Positions 1-10,030 of a stretch of 33,891 nt of DNA are shown here, one piece after another. A model generated the notes under the pieces. That model searched no databases. It was not told where the DNA came from and saw only the letters and a list, made by a program, of their open reading frames with translations. Positions within the stretch are counted from its first letter, which is position 1; every line of letters begins with the position of its first letter. The translations under genes were made by a program, and so were the position numbers. Origin of the DNA: Octopus sinensis (taxonomy: Eukaryota); assembly GCF_006345805.1 (NCBI RefSeq), contig NW_021831947.1, forward strand, positions 1 to 33,891. Reading direction: 5' to 3'.

Positions 1-430
1 TATATATATATATATATTATAGCCGCATTTTGCGCAGGACGAAAATAATGACGGCTGACGGCGGGGGGGAGAGCGCGATACGTCACAACAGCCGTTGTCA
101 TTGGCAACGAAAATATTTATATCCGCTCGCGTAAACAAAAATGCTTACGCGACTATAAATAAATGAATCTCTAAAAAATATTGACGTCTTGAAGGAATGA
201 CGGAAGCAAATCGTAGGTTTGATATAACGACCAGATCGATAACGGATCTAAAAAAAAAACAGTCTTGGGTGGAGAGTATAAAAATAGACATGGCTATCGC
301 GAGAAAGCGAAACGAATATGGAAATCCGTTTTGGGATTTGGTTTGCAAGATTCTTTATATGAGTTCGTGTGTTGAAGCATATTCTGTTGTGTGTCTGGGG
401 AGAGTCATTTAGGAAAATAAATTTCTTATA

Positions 431-593
431 GGCGTAGGCATGGCTGTGTGGTAAGTAGCTTGCTTACCAACCACATGGTTCCGGGTTCAGTCCCACTGCG
501 TGGCACCTTGGGCAAGTGTCTTCTACTATAGCCTCGGGCCGACCAAAGCCTTGTGAGTGGATTTGGTAGACGGAAACTGAAAGAAGCCCGTCG
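431..593 (+). mobile_element. tRNA-derived SINE family A, 5' half (head re-duplicated at ~613-724)
   Basis: A-box-like TGGCTGTGTGGTAAG and B-box-like GGTTCAGTCCC, then the CACCTTGGGCAAGTGTCTT body seen in more than 10 copies in this window. Confidence 0.85.
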
Positions 594-1065
594 TATATAT
601 ATTATATATATATGTGGTAAGTAGCTTGCTTACCAACCACATGGTTCCGGGTTCAGTCCCACTGCGTGGCACCTTGGGCAAGTGTCTTCTACTATAGCCT
701 CGAGCCGACCAAAGCCTTGTGAGTTGATGTGTTTCAGTCATGTGACTGTGGCCATGCTGGAGCACCGCCTTTTAGTCGAGCAAATCGACCCCCCCCCCAG
801 GACTTATTCTTTGTAAGCCTAGTACTTATTTTATCGGTCTCTTTTTTTTTGCCAAACCGCTAGGTTACGGGGACGTAAACACACCAGCATCGGTTGTCAA
901 GCGATGTTGGGGGGACAAACACAGACACACAAACACGCTCATATATATATATACATACATACCGGAGTAAACACATAAATGTGAAACAAGGTGGAAAAAA
1001 GAGTACTCAAATACCAGTGGTAGAGTAATATGCTTTATTTTAAGCAGCAGAAAATTCAACAAAAT

Positions 1066-1103
1066 CTGTTACTCTGAGTTTCTCGTTGCCGTTCATCAGA
1101 CAG
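1066..1103 (-). ncRNA. Minimal type I hammerhead ribozyme motif within a PLE pseudo-LTR fragment (~961-1112)
   Basis: Minus strand reads CUGU-CUGAUGA-ACGGCAACGA-GAAAC-UCAGA-GUA-ACAG: stem I CUGU/ACAG, intact core, GNRA-capped short stem II, quasi-palindromic stem III ACUC(A)GAGU, GUA cleavage triplet. Confidence 0.75.
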
Positions 1104-1109
1104 TTTTTG

Positions 1110-1139
1110 CTATATATATATATATATATATAACACAAC

Positions 1140-1205
<66 letters not shown>

Positions 1206-1260
1206 CATATATACATACATATATATATATATATATATACATAATATATATATATGTATA

Positions 1261-1324
<64 letters not shown>

Positions 1325-1335
1325 TACATATATAC
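1110..1335. repeat. (TA)n microsatellite
   Basis: Direct inspection. Confidence 0.95.
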
Positions 1336-1914
1336 GACGGGCTTCTTTCAGTTTCCGTCTACCAAATCCACTCGCAATGCTTTGGTCGGCCCGAGGCTAT
1401 AGTAGAAGACACTTGCCCAAGGTGCCACGCAGTGGGACTGAACCCGGAACCATGTGGTTGGTAAGCAAGCTACTTTACCACACAGCCACTCACATATATG
1501 AATGTGTACGCAGACACACAGACACACATTCATATAGACGTATAACGTTTACACACAAGCGAAGTATAAACACGTACACATACACATTCAATAAAAAATA
1601 AACACATACCTAAACACACACACACAGCCCTCCTACCATCAAACCCCCCCCATACTGACACATATATCTGGGCATGCATTCGTCAATGTCTCCTCCACCT
1701 CACCCCCATCCACCTCCATTCAAAACGAACGATGCTAATTGCAGCAATTTAGAAATCAAGACAATACACATTTAAATAGCCTCTCCCTTTCCATGTTCTG
1801 TAAACCGACGGCACCCTTATGAGTCATTAAGGGGAAGACAGATGGCTTGCTGGGAAGTGACATAGTATGCTGAAAATAGCAGTCAAATATATACAATTGA
1901 CACACACCGTACTG

Positions 1915-2840
1915 TCCTAGAAATAGGGATCGGATGAGCCTGTGAGGAAGGTTCTATGAAGTCCGATGGCCTGACTCAATTTAACAATGCACTCTCATTC
2001 AACAAACTCCCTGCTGTCCTAAAAATAGGGACCACATGGGCCTGTGAGGAAGGTTCTATGAAGTCAGTTGGCCTTACTCAGTTTAACAACACACTCTCAT
2101 TCAACAAACTCCCTACTGTCCTAAAAATAGGGACCACATGAACCTAAAAATAGGGACCACATGAACCTATAAAATAGGGTCTACATGAACTAATTAGGGA
2201 GCTTCTATGTAGTCAGTTGGCCTTACTCAATTTAAGAACCAAATCTCTCCTTCAACAAACTCCCTACTGTCCTAAAAATAGGGGCCACATAAACCTATAA
2301 AATAGGGGCCAGATGAGCCTGTGAGGAAGGTTCTATGAAGTCAGTTGGCCTGACTCAGTTTAACAACAAACTCCCTACTGTCCAAAAAATAGGGACCACA
2401 TAAACCTATAAAATAGGGGCCAGATGAGCCTGTGAGGAAGGTTCTATGAAGTCAGTTGGCCTTACTCAGTTTAACAACAAACTCCCTATTGTCCTAAAAA
2501 TAGGGACCACATAAACCTATAAAATAGGGGCCAGATGAGCCTGTGAGGAAGGTTCTATGAAGTCAGTTGGCCTTACTCAGTTTAACAACAAACTCCCTAT
2601 TGTCTGAAAAATAGGGACCACATAAACCTATAAAATAGGGGCCAGATGAGCCTGTGAAGAAGGTTCTATGAAGTCAGTTGGCCTGACTCAGTTTAACAAC
2701 AAACTCCCTATTGTCTGAAAAATAGGGACCACATAAACCTATAAAATAGGGGCCAGATGAGCCTGTGAAGAAGGTTCTATGAAGTCATTTGGCCTGACTC
2801 AGTTTAACAACAAACTCCCTACTGTCCTAAAAATAGGGAG
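1915..2840. repeat. 111-bp tandem minisatellite (5 homogeneous units from ~2311 plus diverged units upstream)
   Basis: AGATGAGCCTGTG recurs at 2311, 2422, 2533, 2644 and 2755, an exact 111-bp spacing. A diverged inverted copy lies at ~3150-3355. Confidence 0.9.
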
Positions 2841-2868
2841 CAAGACAATATATATATATATATATCAT

Positions 2869-3045
2869 CATCATCATCATTGTCTCATAGTAAAATCCGT
2901 TTTCCATGCTGGCATGGGTTGGACGGTTTGACTGTGGCCTGGGGATCCAGTGGTTGCACCAGGCTCCAGACTGATATTGCAATATTTCTACAGTTGGATG
3001 CCCTTTCTAACACCAACCACTCCGAGAATCTAGTGGGTGCTTTAT
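2869..3045 (-). mobile_element. RTE-type LINE 3' UTR end with (GAT)n tail
   Basis: Reverse complement of the 3' UTR that follows the RTE C-terminus at ~15352-15972. Another copy at ~20164-20430. Confidence 0.7.
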
Positions 3046-3048
3046 AGA

Positions 3049-4533
3049 CAGGGTGAAGAAGCAAAAAATGTTGGTTTTTCTCAGGAGGCACTAAGTCAAT
3101 TGTTTTGAAACCTAGCATATACTGATGTCATACTCAGAGACACTTGGGAGTCTGTTGAGAAACAGCTTTGGTTGTTACATTGAGTAAGGTCAAGTGATTA
3201 CATAGAAGCTCCCTAATTTGTTCATGTGGTCCCTACTTTATAGGTTCATGTGGTCCCTACTTTATAGGCTCATGTGGTCCCTATTTTTAAAACAGTAGGG
3301 AGTTTGTTGAAGGAGAGATTTGGTTCTTAAATTGAGTAAGGCCAACTGACTACATTATTATCCTTACCTTTTCAGAAACTTTTGCCCATATGAGTAATCA
3401 GGAAAGCAAACGTCAAAGAGGGTGTGATTTGCTGAATGCACTTGTCATACCAAAGGAGATTTCAAGGATAGTAGGAGTGTCCATAAAGACTGTTTATAAT
3501 GTAAAGAATAGAATGACTATGAGCAAAACTATGACGAGGAAGTCTGGAAGTGGAGGAATCAACAAAAAACGTACCAAAGCTTTTATTCAAGCTCTCAAAT
3601 CCCAAATCCTAGAGGATCCAACCAAATCCATGAGAAAAATGGCAATTGAACTTGAGGTAGACAAGAAGACCATTAGAAATGCAGTAAAATATGATTTGAG
3701 GTTAAAATCTTACACAAGAACACCAAAACATTTGTTGACAACAGCTATGAAGGAAAAGAGATTGGAGAGGTGTAAGAAAATTATTACATGGTTCAAGAAA
3801 AAGTCCTCCATTGTAACAATCTTTCCAGATGAAAAGATCTTCACTGTCGATGCTGTTCTGAACCGCAAAAATGACAGATTTATTGCAAAATCAACAGCTG
3901 AGGTTAAGAGGACATTCAAAACAAAACATCCTGCTCAAGTTATGGCTTTTGGTGTTGTGGCTTCCGATGGAAAGAAAATGCCTATAAAATTCTACAAAGC
4001 TGATGAAAAGATCAATGTTAATACTTACTACAAGACTCTGAGATACGAGGTATTGCCATGGCTTAAAGCAAACTACCCAATGGTAATTATGTATGGACAC
4101 AGGATGGTGCTCCAGCCCACACAGCCAGAAAAATACAAGATTTCTGCAAATCCAACTTTAGCGAATTTTGGGAATCATGTTTATGGCCGCCTTCTAACCC
4201 AGATCTAAACCCTCTGGATTTTGCTATTTGGGGCGTTTTAGAACATGCTACCAAAAGAACATCACACAGCAATGTCGACTCTCTTAAAGATACTATTACA
4301 GAAGAATGGGAGAAGTTGTCTCCCGAATATTTGAGGAACACTTGTACAAGTTTCAGGAGGCGTGTGAAGGCAGTTATTGAGAAAGAAGGAGGACACAGAG
4401 AATAAAAAACATTTTCTATTATGTAAATTTTCTTGTGGCAAATAAATTCTCATAACTTTCAATAAAATAATTGGTCATATACTGTCTTTCAATCCCTGCC
4501 TCAAAATATTGTAAATTTTGCTTCCTCACCCTG
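3049..4533 (+). mobile_element. Putative extent of the DD37D transposon
   Basis: Right TIR end TTTTGCTTCCTCACCCTG (4516-4533) is followed by TA. Left CAGGGTGAAGAAGCAAAA (3049-3066) matches its reverse complement at 17/18 but lacks an adjacent TA, and the match stops after 18 bp. Confidence 0.55.
3390..4405 (+). pseudogene. Tc1/mariner DD37D (maT/Bmmar-type) transposase with a single frameshift at ~4079
   Basis: N-terminal HTH-like region and the FPDEK first Asp are in ORF 3390-4208. The shifted frame continues NGNYVWTQDGAPAH...WPPSNPDLNPLDFAIW...EGGHRE to TAA at 4403-4405, with 37 residues between the second and third catalytic Asp. Confidence 0.9.
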
Positions 4534-4595
4534 TATATATGCATATTTATATATATATATATAATATGTATATATATATATATATAATAATATAT

Positions 4596-4627
<32 letters not shown>

Positions 4628-4689
4628 CATACAAGATAAGAAAATGGAGAAATACATCTAAATCAAATATCAATTACCAGATAATACTC

Positions 4690-4970
4690 AATCACATACT
4701 TTATTAAACCACCACATAAGAGACTGTAGGGTTAAACATAAAAAAGCAGAACAAATCAGTGTACACAAAGGAATGTACATAAAAAAGTATACATAAAAGA
4801 GTAATATTGTATAATAAGTAGAAAATATATAAAAAAGAGAATATAAATATAAGTAAATATAAATATAAGTATAGATTACATCTTACAGCTGTTTCGGCCA
4901 TATAGATAAGTATGTCTCATTTTACCAATATTAGCCTATTATGGTAGACATTTACAAAAGTATCATAAGG

Positions 4971-4972
<2 letters not shown>
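4690..4972 (-). mobile_element. PLE pseudo-LTR fragment with truncated hammerhead (3' half only)
   Basis: Minus strand GGCC...GGCC-GAAAC-AGCU-GUA-AGAUG (4879-4972): palindromic stem III ACAGCUGU and GUA triplet present, CUGAUGA replaced by a (TA)n run. Flanked by TA tracts. Confidence 0.5.
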
Positions 4973-5023
<51 letters not shown>

Positions 5024-5039
5024 TCATATATATATATAC

Positions 5040-5412
5040 TTTTTTACTTGTTTCAGTCACCTGACTGGGGCCATGATAAAGCATCACCTTTAGTTGAAGA
5101 AATCAACCCCAGAACCCATTCCTTGTAAGCCCAGCAAGTATTCTATCAGTCTCCCTGCCGAACCACTAAGTTACATGGATGTAAACACACCAACATCAGT
5201 TGTCAAGCAATGGTGGGGAGACAGACACAGACACAGACACATACACATACATATGGTGGGCTTCTTTCAGTTTCCGTCAACCAAATCCACTCATAAGGCT
5301 TTGGTCAGCTCAAGCCTATAACAGAAGACATTCACCAAAAGTGTCATGCCATGGGACTGAACCTGGAACCATGTGGTTGGTAAGCAAGCTACTTACCACA
5401 CAGCCACGCCTA
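5040..5412 (-). mobile_element. Diverged SINE family A copy
   Basis: Similarity to the other family A copies in the window. Confidence 0.7.
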
Positions 5413-5457
5413 CAATGGGCTTCTTTCAGTTTCCATCAACCAAATCCATTCACAATG

Positions 5458-5916
5458 TGGGTAGCCAGAAGCTGGCTACCCGCATGGTTTTTGGTCTCAA
5501 GCATTTGTCTTATGAAGAAAGGCTGAAGACGCACGACCTTTATTCTCAAGAAAAATGCCGCCGCCGTGGTGATCTCATTCTCGTTCACAACATCATAAGC
5601 GGAAAGTGTAACCTCTCGAAAGAGCTGTTCTTCACTCCTGCTCCAGAGCGTCGGCTGCGAGGTCACTCCGAAAAGCTCTATCTGCGACGATTTCATCTCA
5701 ATCGAAGGAGAGGGGCTTTCTCCGTCCGGGTTGCGGATCCGTGGAATAAGCTGCCAGACAAGATAGTGAAGATGCCGACGACCGCTCGGTTCAAAGTCTC
5801 TCTTGACCAGAAATGGCCTGAACTCTTTGCATGAACACCCTCCCTGTACATAACTCCATGTCCCCCTACATGGCCTTGCTTTTTGCTTTTTGAGCCCAAA
5901 AAGTTAACTTAACTTA
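5458..5916 (+). mobile_element. 5'-truncated CR1-clade LINE 3' end, copy 1
   Basis: Encodes KLATRMVFGLKHLSYEERL...RRRGDLI...WNKLPD, a typical CR1 ORF2 C-terminus, with stop at 5832-5834, a short 3' UTR and an (AACTT)n tail. Confidence 0.85.
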
Positions 5917-5929
5917 TATATACACATAT

Positions 5930-5974
<45 letters not shown>

Positions 5975-5978
5975 ATAT

Positions 5979-6334
5979 GATTCATTCTTGCTCACAACAT
6001 CATAAGCGGAAAGTGTAACCTCTCGAAAGAGCTGTTCTTCACTCCTGCTCCAGAGCATCGGCTGCGGGGTCACTCCGAAAAGCTCTATCTGCGACGATTT
6101 CATCTCAATCGAGGGAGAGGGGCTTTCTCCGTCCGGGTTGCGGATCCGTGGAATAAGCTGCCGGACGAGATAGTGAAGATGCCGACGACCGCTCGGTTCA
6201 AAGTCTCTCTTGACCAGAAATGGCCTGAACTCTTTGCATGAACACCCTCCCTGTACATAACTCCACGTCCCCCTACATGGCCTTGCTTTTTTGCTTTTTG
6301 AGCCAAAAAAATTTACTTAACTTAACTTAACTTA
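5979..6334 (+). mobile_element. CR1-clade LINE 3' end, copy 2
   Basis: Near-identical to ~5572-5916, with a longer (AACTT)n tail. Confidence 0.85.
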
Positions 6335-7055
6335 ACAATGGCTTTGGTAGGCCCGAGGCTACAGCAGAAGACACTCACCCAAGGCACCAGGAACATCATT
6401 CCACTTCTAAACACATTTGTGGTGATATTTGGTCAATAATTGATGAGAGAACATGTCTGAGTCTTTTGCTTGTAATTCTTTTCCCAATTCGGCTTCATCT
6501 TCTCTTCATGCTCAGCATTTTTCAGTGATTCAAGTGTGACTCAGAAAATGATACAATTTCTATCTGCATTAATTTTTGACTCACCCTTGTATATAGGAGG
6601 GTAAGTCAAAAACTAAGGCCAATAAAATTGTCATTATTTTGTGACTCAACACTGGATACTCTTACTCTTTTACTTGTTTCAGTCATTTGGCTGTAGCCAT
6701 GCTGGAGCACCACCTTTTAGTCGAGCAAATCGACCTCAGGACTTATTCTTTGTAAGCCTAGTACTTATTCTATCGGTCTCTTTTGCCGAACTGCTAAGTG
6801 ATGCGGACGTAAACACACCAGCATCAGTTGTCAAGCAATGCTAGAGGGACAAATATATATATATATGTATATATAATAATAAATATTAGGGAATAAATTC
6901 AAATTTACAGGGAAAAATCAGATTTAGGATTGAATCCAATTTTATAGTAAAATATTATATAATATTAATTAGAGACAAAACCACTATTTTGCAAATCAAA
7001 CAAGGAAAGACTTAATCAATACATAAAAAAATTTTAATATAAAGTAAATAAATCG

Positions 7056-7099
7056 CCACTACAATTGTTTCCTGTCTTCAAATGACATTCATCAGGTGG
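7056..7099 (-). ncRNA. Identical hammerhead motif on the opposite arm of the palindrome
   Basis: Exact reverse complement of 7157-7200. Confidence 0.8.
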
Positions 7100-7156
7100 A
7101 TTTCGTATCTTCTATTCAATTTTAAAGTTATTTAAATTGAATAGAAGATACGAAAT

Positions 7157-7200
7157 CCACCTGATGAATGTCATTTGAAGACAGGAAACAATTGTAGTGG
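7157..7200 (+). ncRNA. Minimal type I hammerhead ribozyme motif
   Basis: CCAC-CUGAUGA-AUGUC AUUUGAA GACAG-GAAAC-AAUU-GUA-GUGG: stem I CCAC/GUGG, stem II UGUC/GACA, palindromic stem III ACAAUUGU, GUA triplet. Confidence 0.8.
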
Positions 7201-8133
7201 CGATTTATTTACTTTATATTAAAATTTTTTTATGTATTAAGTCTTTCCTTGTTTGATTTGCAAAATAGTGGTTTTGTCTCTAATTAATATTATATATATG
7301 TATATATATATATAGGCTATAGTAGAAGACACTTGCCCAAGGTGCCATGCAGTGGGAATGAACCTGGAACCATGTGGTTGGTAAGCAAGCTATTTACCAC
7401 ATAGTCACTCCTGCGCCTATACTTATATATATATATCATCATGTGGAAGTGCAATTACGATGACTGCCTACATGATAAATAAAACGTTAATAAGTGTTTT
7501 AAAAAAACCGTTAGTAGAATTGACGTGAAAGGCAGATAGTAGGAAGAGAAGGGTTAAAGAAATAATATGTAGAGAACAAATAAAGGGGGATACGTTGGTT
7601 GAAAAAATGTTCGAAGGCTTAGAAGTAGATTTCTCTATTGAAGTAAAGTGCAAGTTAAACTAACTGTTCAAACTATAAAGACTGGTAAAATCACATATAT
7701 GAGCTAAAGGTATGTTTCTGTCAGTGTTTACATTTGTAAGATCGCTTTATGAGTGTGTAAACAAGGTGATTCTTAGAGAAGAGAATATGGAAGAGTTCAG
7801 AGTTGCAAATGTTACAAAATCCCTTGCCCTTATCGTAAGGAAAAGATACGGAGAGGATGAACCAATCTAACTTAAAATCATTATTGTTGTCTTTAAGATG
7901 CCAAACCAATTTACTTAGCCCTGTACTATGGCGTTTTCTGCTATCCATAAATGATGAATAATGCTTTGAAATTCTCTTGGATAACTAGGAAGTGGATGCA
8001 CCTATATAGAAGAAGACATCGGTACCGGAAGAAATTTTAAACTGGTATATAGAATTCTTGATCTTAGAATCATTAGACATAAATTTAATTCTGTTCGGGT
8101 TGTCCTCAGAGATCAAAACCATGTTTTTATTGC

Positions 8134-8176
<43 letters not shown>

Positions 8177-8228
8177 ACAACTAATAATACTATCGACAAT
8201 AATACCGTTATTACTATTATTATTAACA

Positions 8229-8394
8229 CGTTCTGAGTTCAAATTCCGCCGAGGTCAACTTTGCCTTTCGTCCTTTCGGGGTCGATAAATAAAGTACCAG
8301 TTTCGCCCTGGGGGGCGATATAATCGACTCAATCCCTTCGTCTGTCCTTGTTTGTCCCCTCTGTGTTTAGCCCCTTCTGGGCAGTAAAGAAATA
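8229..8394 (+). mobile_element. 5'-truncated SINE family B
   Basis: Matches 19718-19951. Flanked by the direct repeat TATTAACA (8221-8228 and 8395-8402). Confidence 0.8.
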
Positions 8395-8575
8395 TATTAA
8401 CATTACCATTGTTATTAACACCACTATTACTATTATTATCATTATTATCACCATTACTATTATTATTAATATTATTCTTATTATTATAATTGTATGAGGG
8501 GTTGGAATTAGCAAGATTAATGCTGGAACTCCCGGGTGAAGAACCTTTATTTAGCAGCTTGGTATTGTGAGAAGA

Positions 8576-8911
8576 GAGGCGCAATGGCCCAGTGGTTAGG
8601 GCAGCGGTCTCGCGGTTTCGATTCCCAGACCGGGCGTTGTGAGTGTTTATTGAGCGAAAACAGCTAAAGCTCCACGAGGCTCCGGCAGGAGATGGTGGTG
8701 ATCCCTGCTGTACTCTTTCACCACAACTTTCTCTCACTCTTACTTCTTGTTTCTGTTGTATCTGTATTTCAAAGGGCCGGCCTTGTCACTCTGAATATCC
8801 CCGAGAACTACGTTAAGGGTACACGTGTCTGTGGAGTGCTCAGCCACTTACACGTTAATTTCACGAGCAGGATCAACCCTCGTCGTCGTAACCGACGGAG
8901 TGCTTCCATCC
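8576..8911 (+). mobile_element. tRNA-derived SINE family E with 12-bp TSD
   Basis: A-box TGGCCCAGTGGTTAG and B-box GGTTTCGATTCCC. TSD ATTGTGAGAAGA at 8564-8575 and 8912-8923. Same family as 26495-27135. Confidence 0.85.
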
Positions 8912-9255
8912 ATTGTGAGAAGATATAATTTGTGAAAGATTTCTAGTGTTAGAGAAATCGGTTCTAACTATGTGGGAATTGATAATAGAATAATATCTAG
9001 AATTTTGAGGAAAGTTCCTAGCAACAGCTTCACGGAACTGCAAGGGAAGGTTCGATTTAATTTGTTTTCCGAAAGGGATTACGAACCAGATACTATTCTT
9101 AGTGACTTTTGAAGGTAGGGGGAAAATTTCTGGGTTGGAAATTTGGAGTTGAATAGCGTTTACCTCCCCTGGTCTGTAGTAAAGAATTTATATTATGTAT
9201 TGGGCTGCTTGTACTATTAGAATTAAAATTTATTTATTCATATTATATATATATA

Positions 9256-9652
9256 GGCGCAGGAGTGGCTGTGTGGTAAGTTGCTTACTAACCAACCACA
9301 TGGTTCCGGGTTCAGTCCCACTGCGTGGCATCTTGGGCAAATGTCTTCAACTATAGCCTCAGGCCGACCAAAGCCTTGTGAGTGGATTTGGTAGACGTAT
9401 ATTATCTATTGGGCTATATATATGTATGTGTGTGTATATGTTTGTGTGTCTGTGTTTGTCCCTCTAGCATTGCTTGACAACCGATGCTGGTGTGTTTATG
9501 TCCCCGTTACTTAGCGGTTCGGCAAAAAGACACCGATAGAATAAGTACTGGGCTTACAAAAAGAATAAGTCCCGGGGTCGAGTTGCTCGACTAAAGGCGG
9601 TGCTCCAGCACGGCCGCAGTCAAATGACTGAAACAAGTAAAAGAGTACAGAG

Positions 9653-9655
<3 letters not shown>
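9256..9655 (+). mobile_element. SINE family A, near full length
   Basis: Head, internal TA/TG tract and 3' GAAACAAGTAAAAGAG tail. Confidence 0.85.
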
Positions 9656-9692
<37 letters not shown>

Positions 9693-10030
9693 CACCCCAC
9701 TCCAATAAAGTATGTTAGCATAAACACACATACATGTACACATACATTCATACCTACGCACAGAACACTAAAGAGTACACACACACACGAACTCACACAT
9801 ATATATGTATATATATATATATATATATACAAAGTGTCCATAATTTATTTTTACACAATTCCACACTTCCGCAGTTTAAATTGTAAGAGTAATTTATGGA
9901 CAAGGTGAATAAAATCAAAATTAGCAAATTGTTGCTTATTTTGATTTTATACTCACACACACACAAAACATGTAACCATAAATACATACGCAGAGTACAC
10001 AGAAATATGTACATATACAATGTGTCCATA

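Larger units (their letters stand above)
728..1490 (-). mobile_element. SINE family A, split at its internal (TA)n tract by a PLE fragment
   Basis: 3' half at ~728-960 and head at ~1335-1490 match the other family A copies in reverse complement. Confidence 0.8.
6957..7295. repeat. Long near-perfect palindrome (arms ~6957-7122 and 7134-7295, 11-nt loop)
   Basis: Base-by-base reverse complementarity. The only difference I could see is a 4-bp indel (CTTAATCAATACAT vs CTTAATACAT). Confidence 0.9.
6660..7420 (-). mobile_element. SINE family A interrupted in its TA tract by a palindromic PLE fragment
   Basis: 3' half at ~6660-6855 and head part at ~7315-7420. Confidence 0.7.
7721..9110 (-). pseudogene. 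Penelope-like element ORF C-terminus with GIY-YIG endonuclease (Naiad/Neptune-like), interrupted by two SINEs
   Basis: Minus-strand peptides IWFVIPFGKQIKSN...NFPQNSRYYSIIN...NLSQIISSHN (9100-8912), then TKLL..., then SIYQ...YIGASTS*LSKRISKHYSSF...STGLSKLVWHLK...CNICNSE...KCKH*. All segments share one frame. One TAG at 7985-7987. Confidence 0.8.

Noticed and set aside
20-420. CpG-rich stretch with an X-box-like GTTGTCATTGGCAAC (94-108) and TGACGT motifs as a promoter
   Set aside because: The X-box has a mismatch, and ~340-415 recurs at ~14750-14815, so the block is probably repeat-derived. It is also truncated by the window edge.
1814-1833. AP-1 site ATGAGTCAT inside a CCCTTA/TAAGGG palindrome in unique sequence
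   Set aside because: A single short motif with no independent support.
7985-7987. In-frame stop in the PLE endonuclease as selenocysteine recoding, reported for some Naiad PLEs
   Set aside because: The codon is TAG, not TGA, and I see no SECIS.
8221-8923. Both SINE insertions in the PLE ORF are multiples of 3, suggesting selection for frame
   Set aside because: Expected 1 time in 9 by chance, and the SINE sequences introduce stop codons in that frame.
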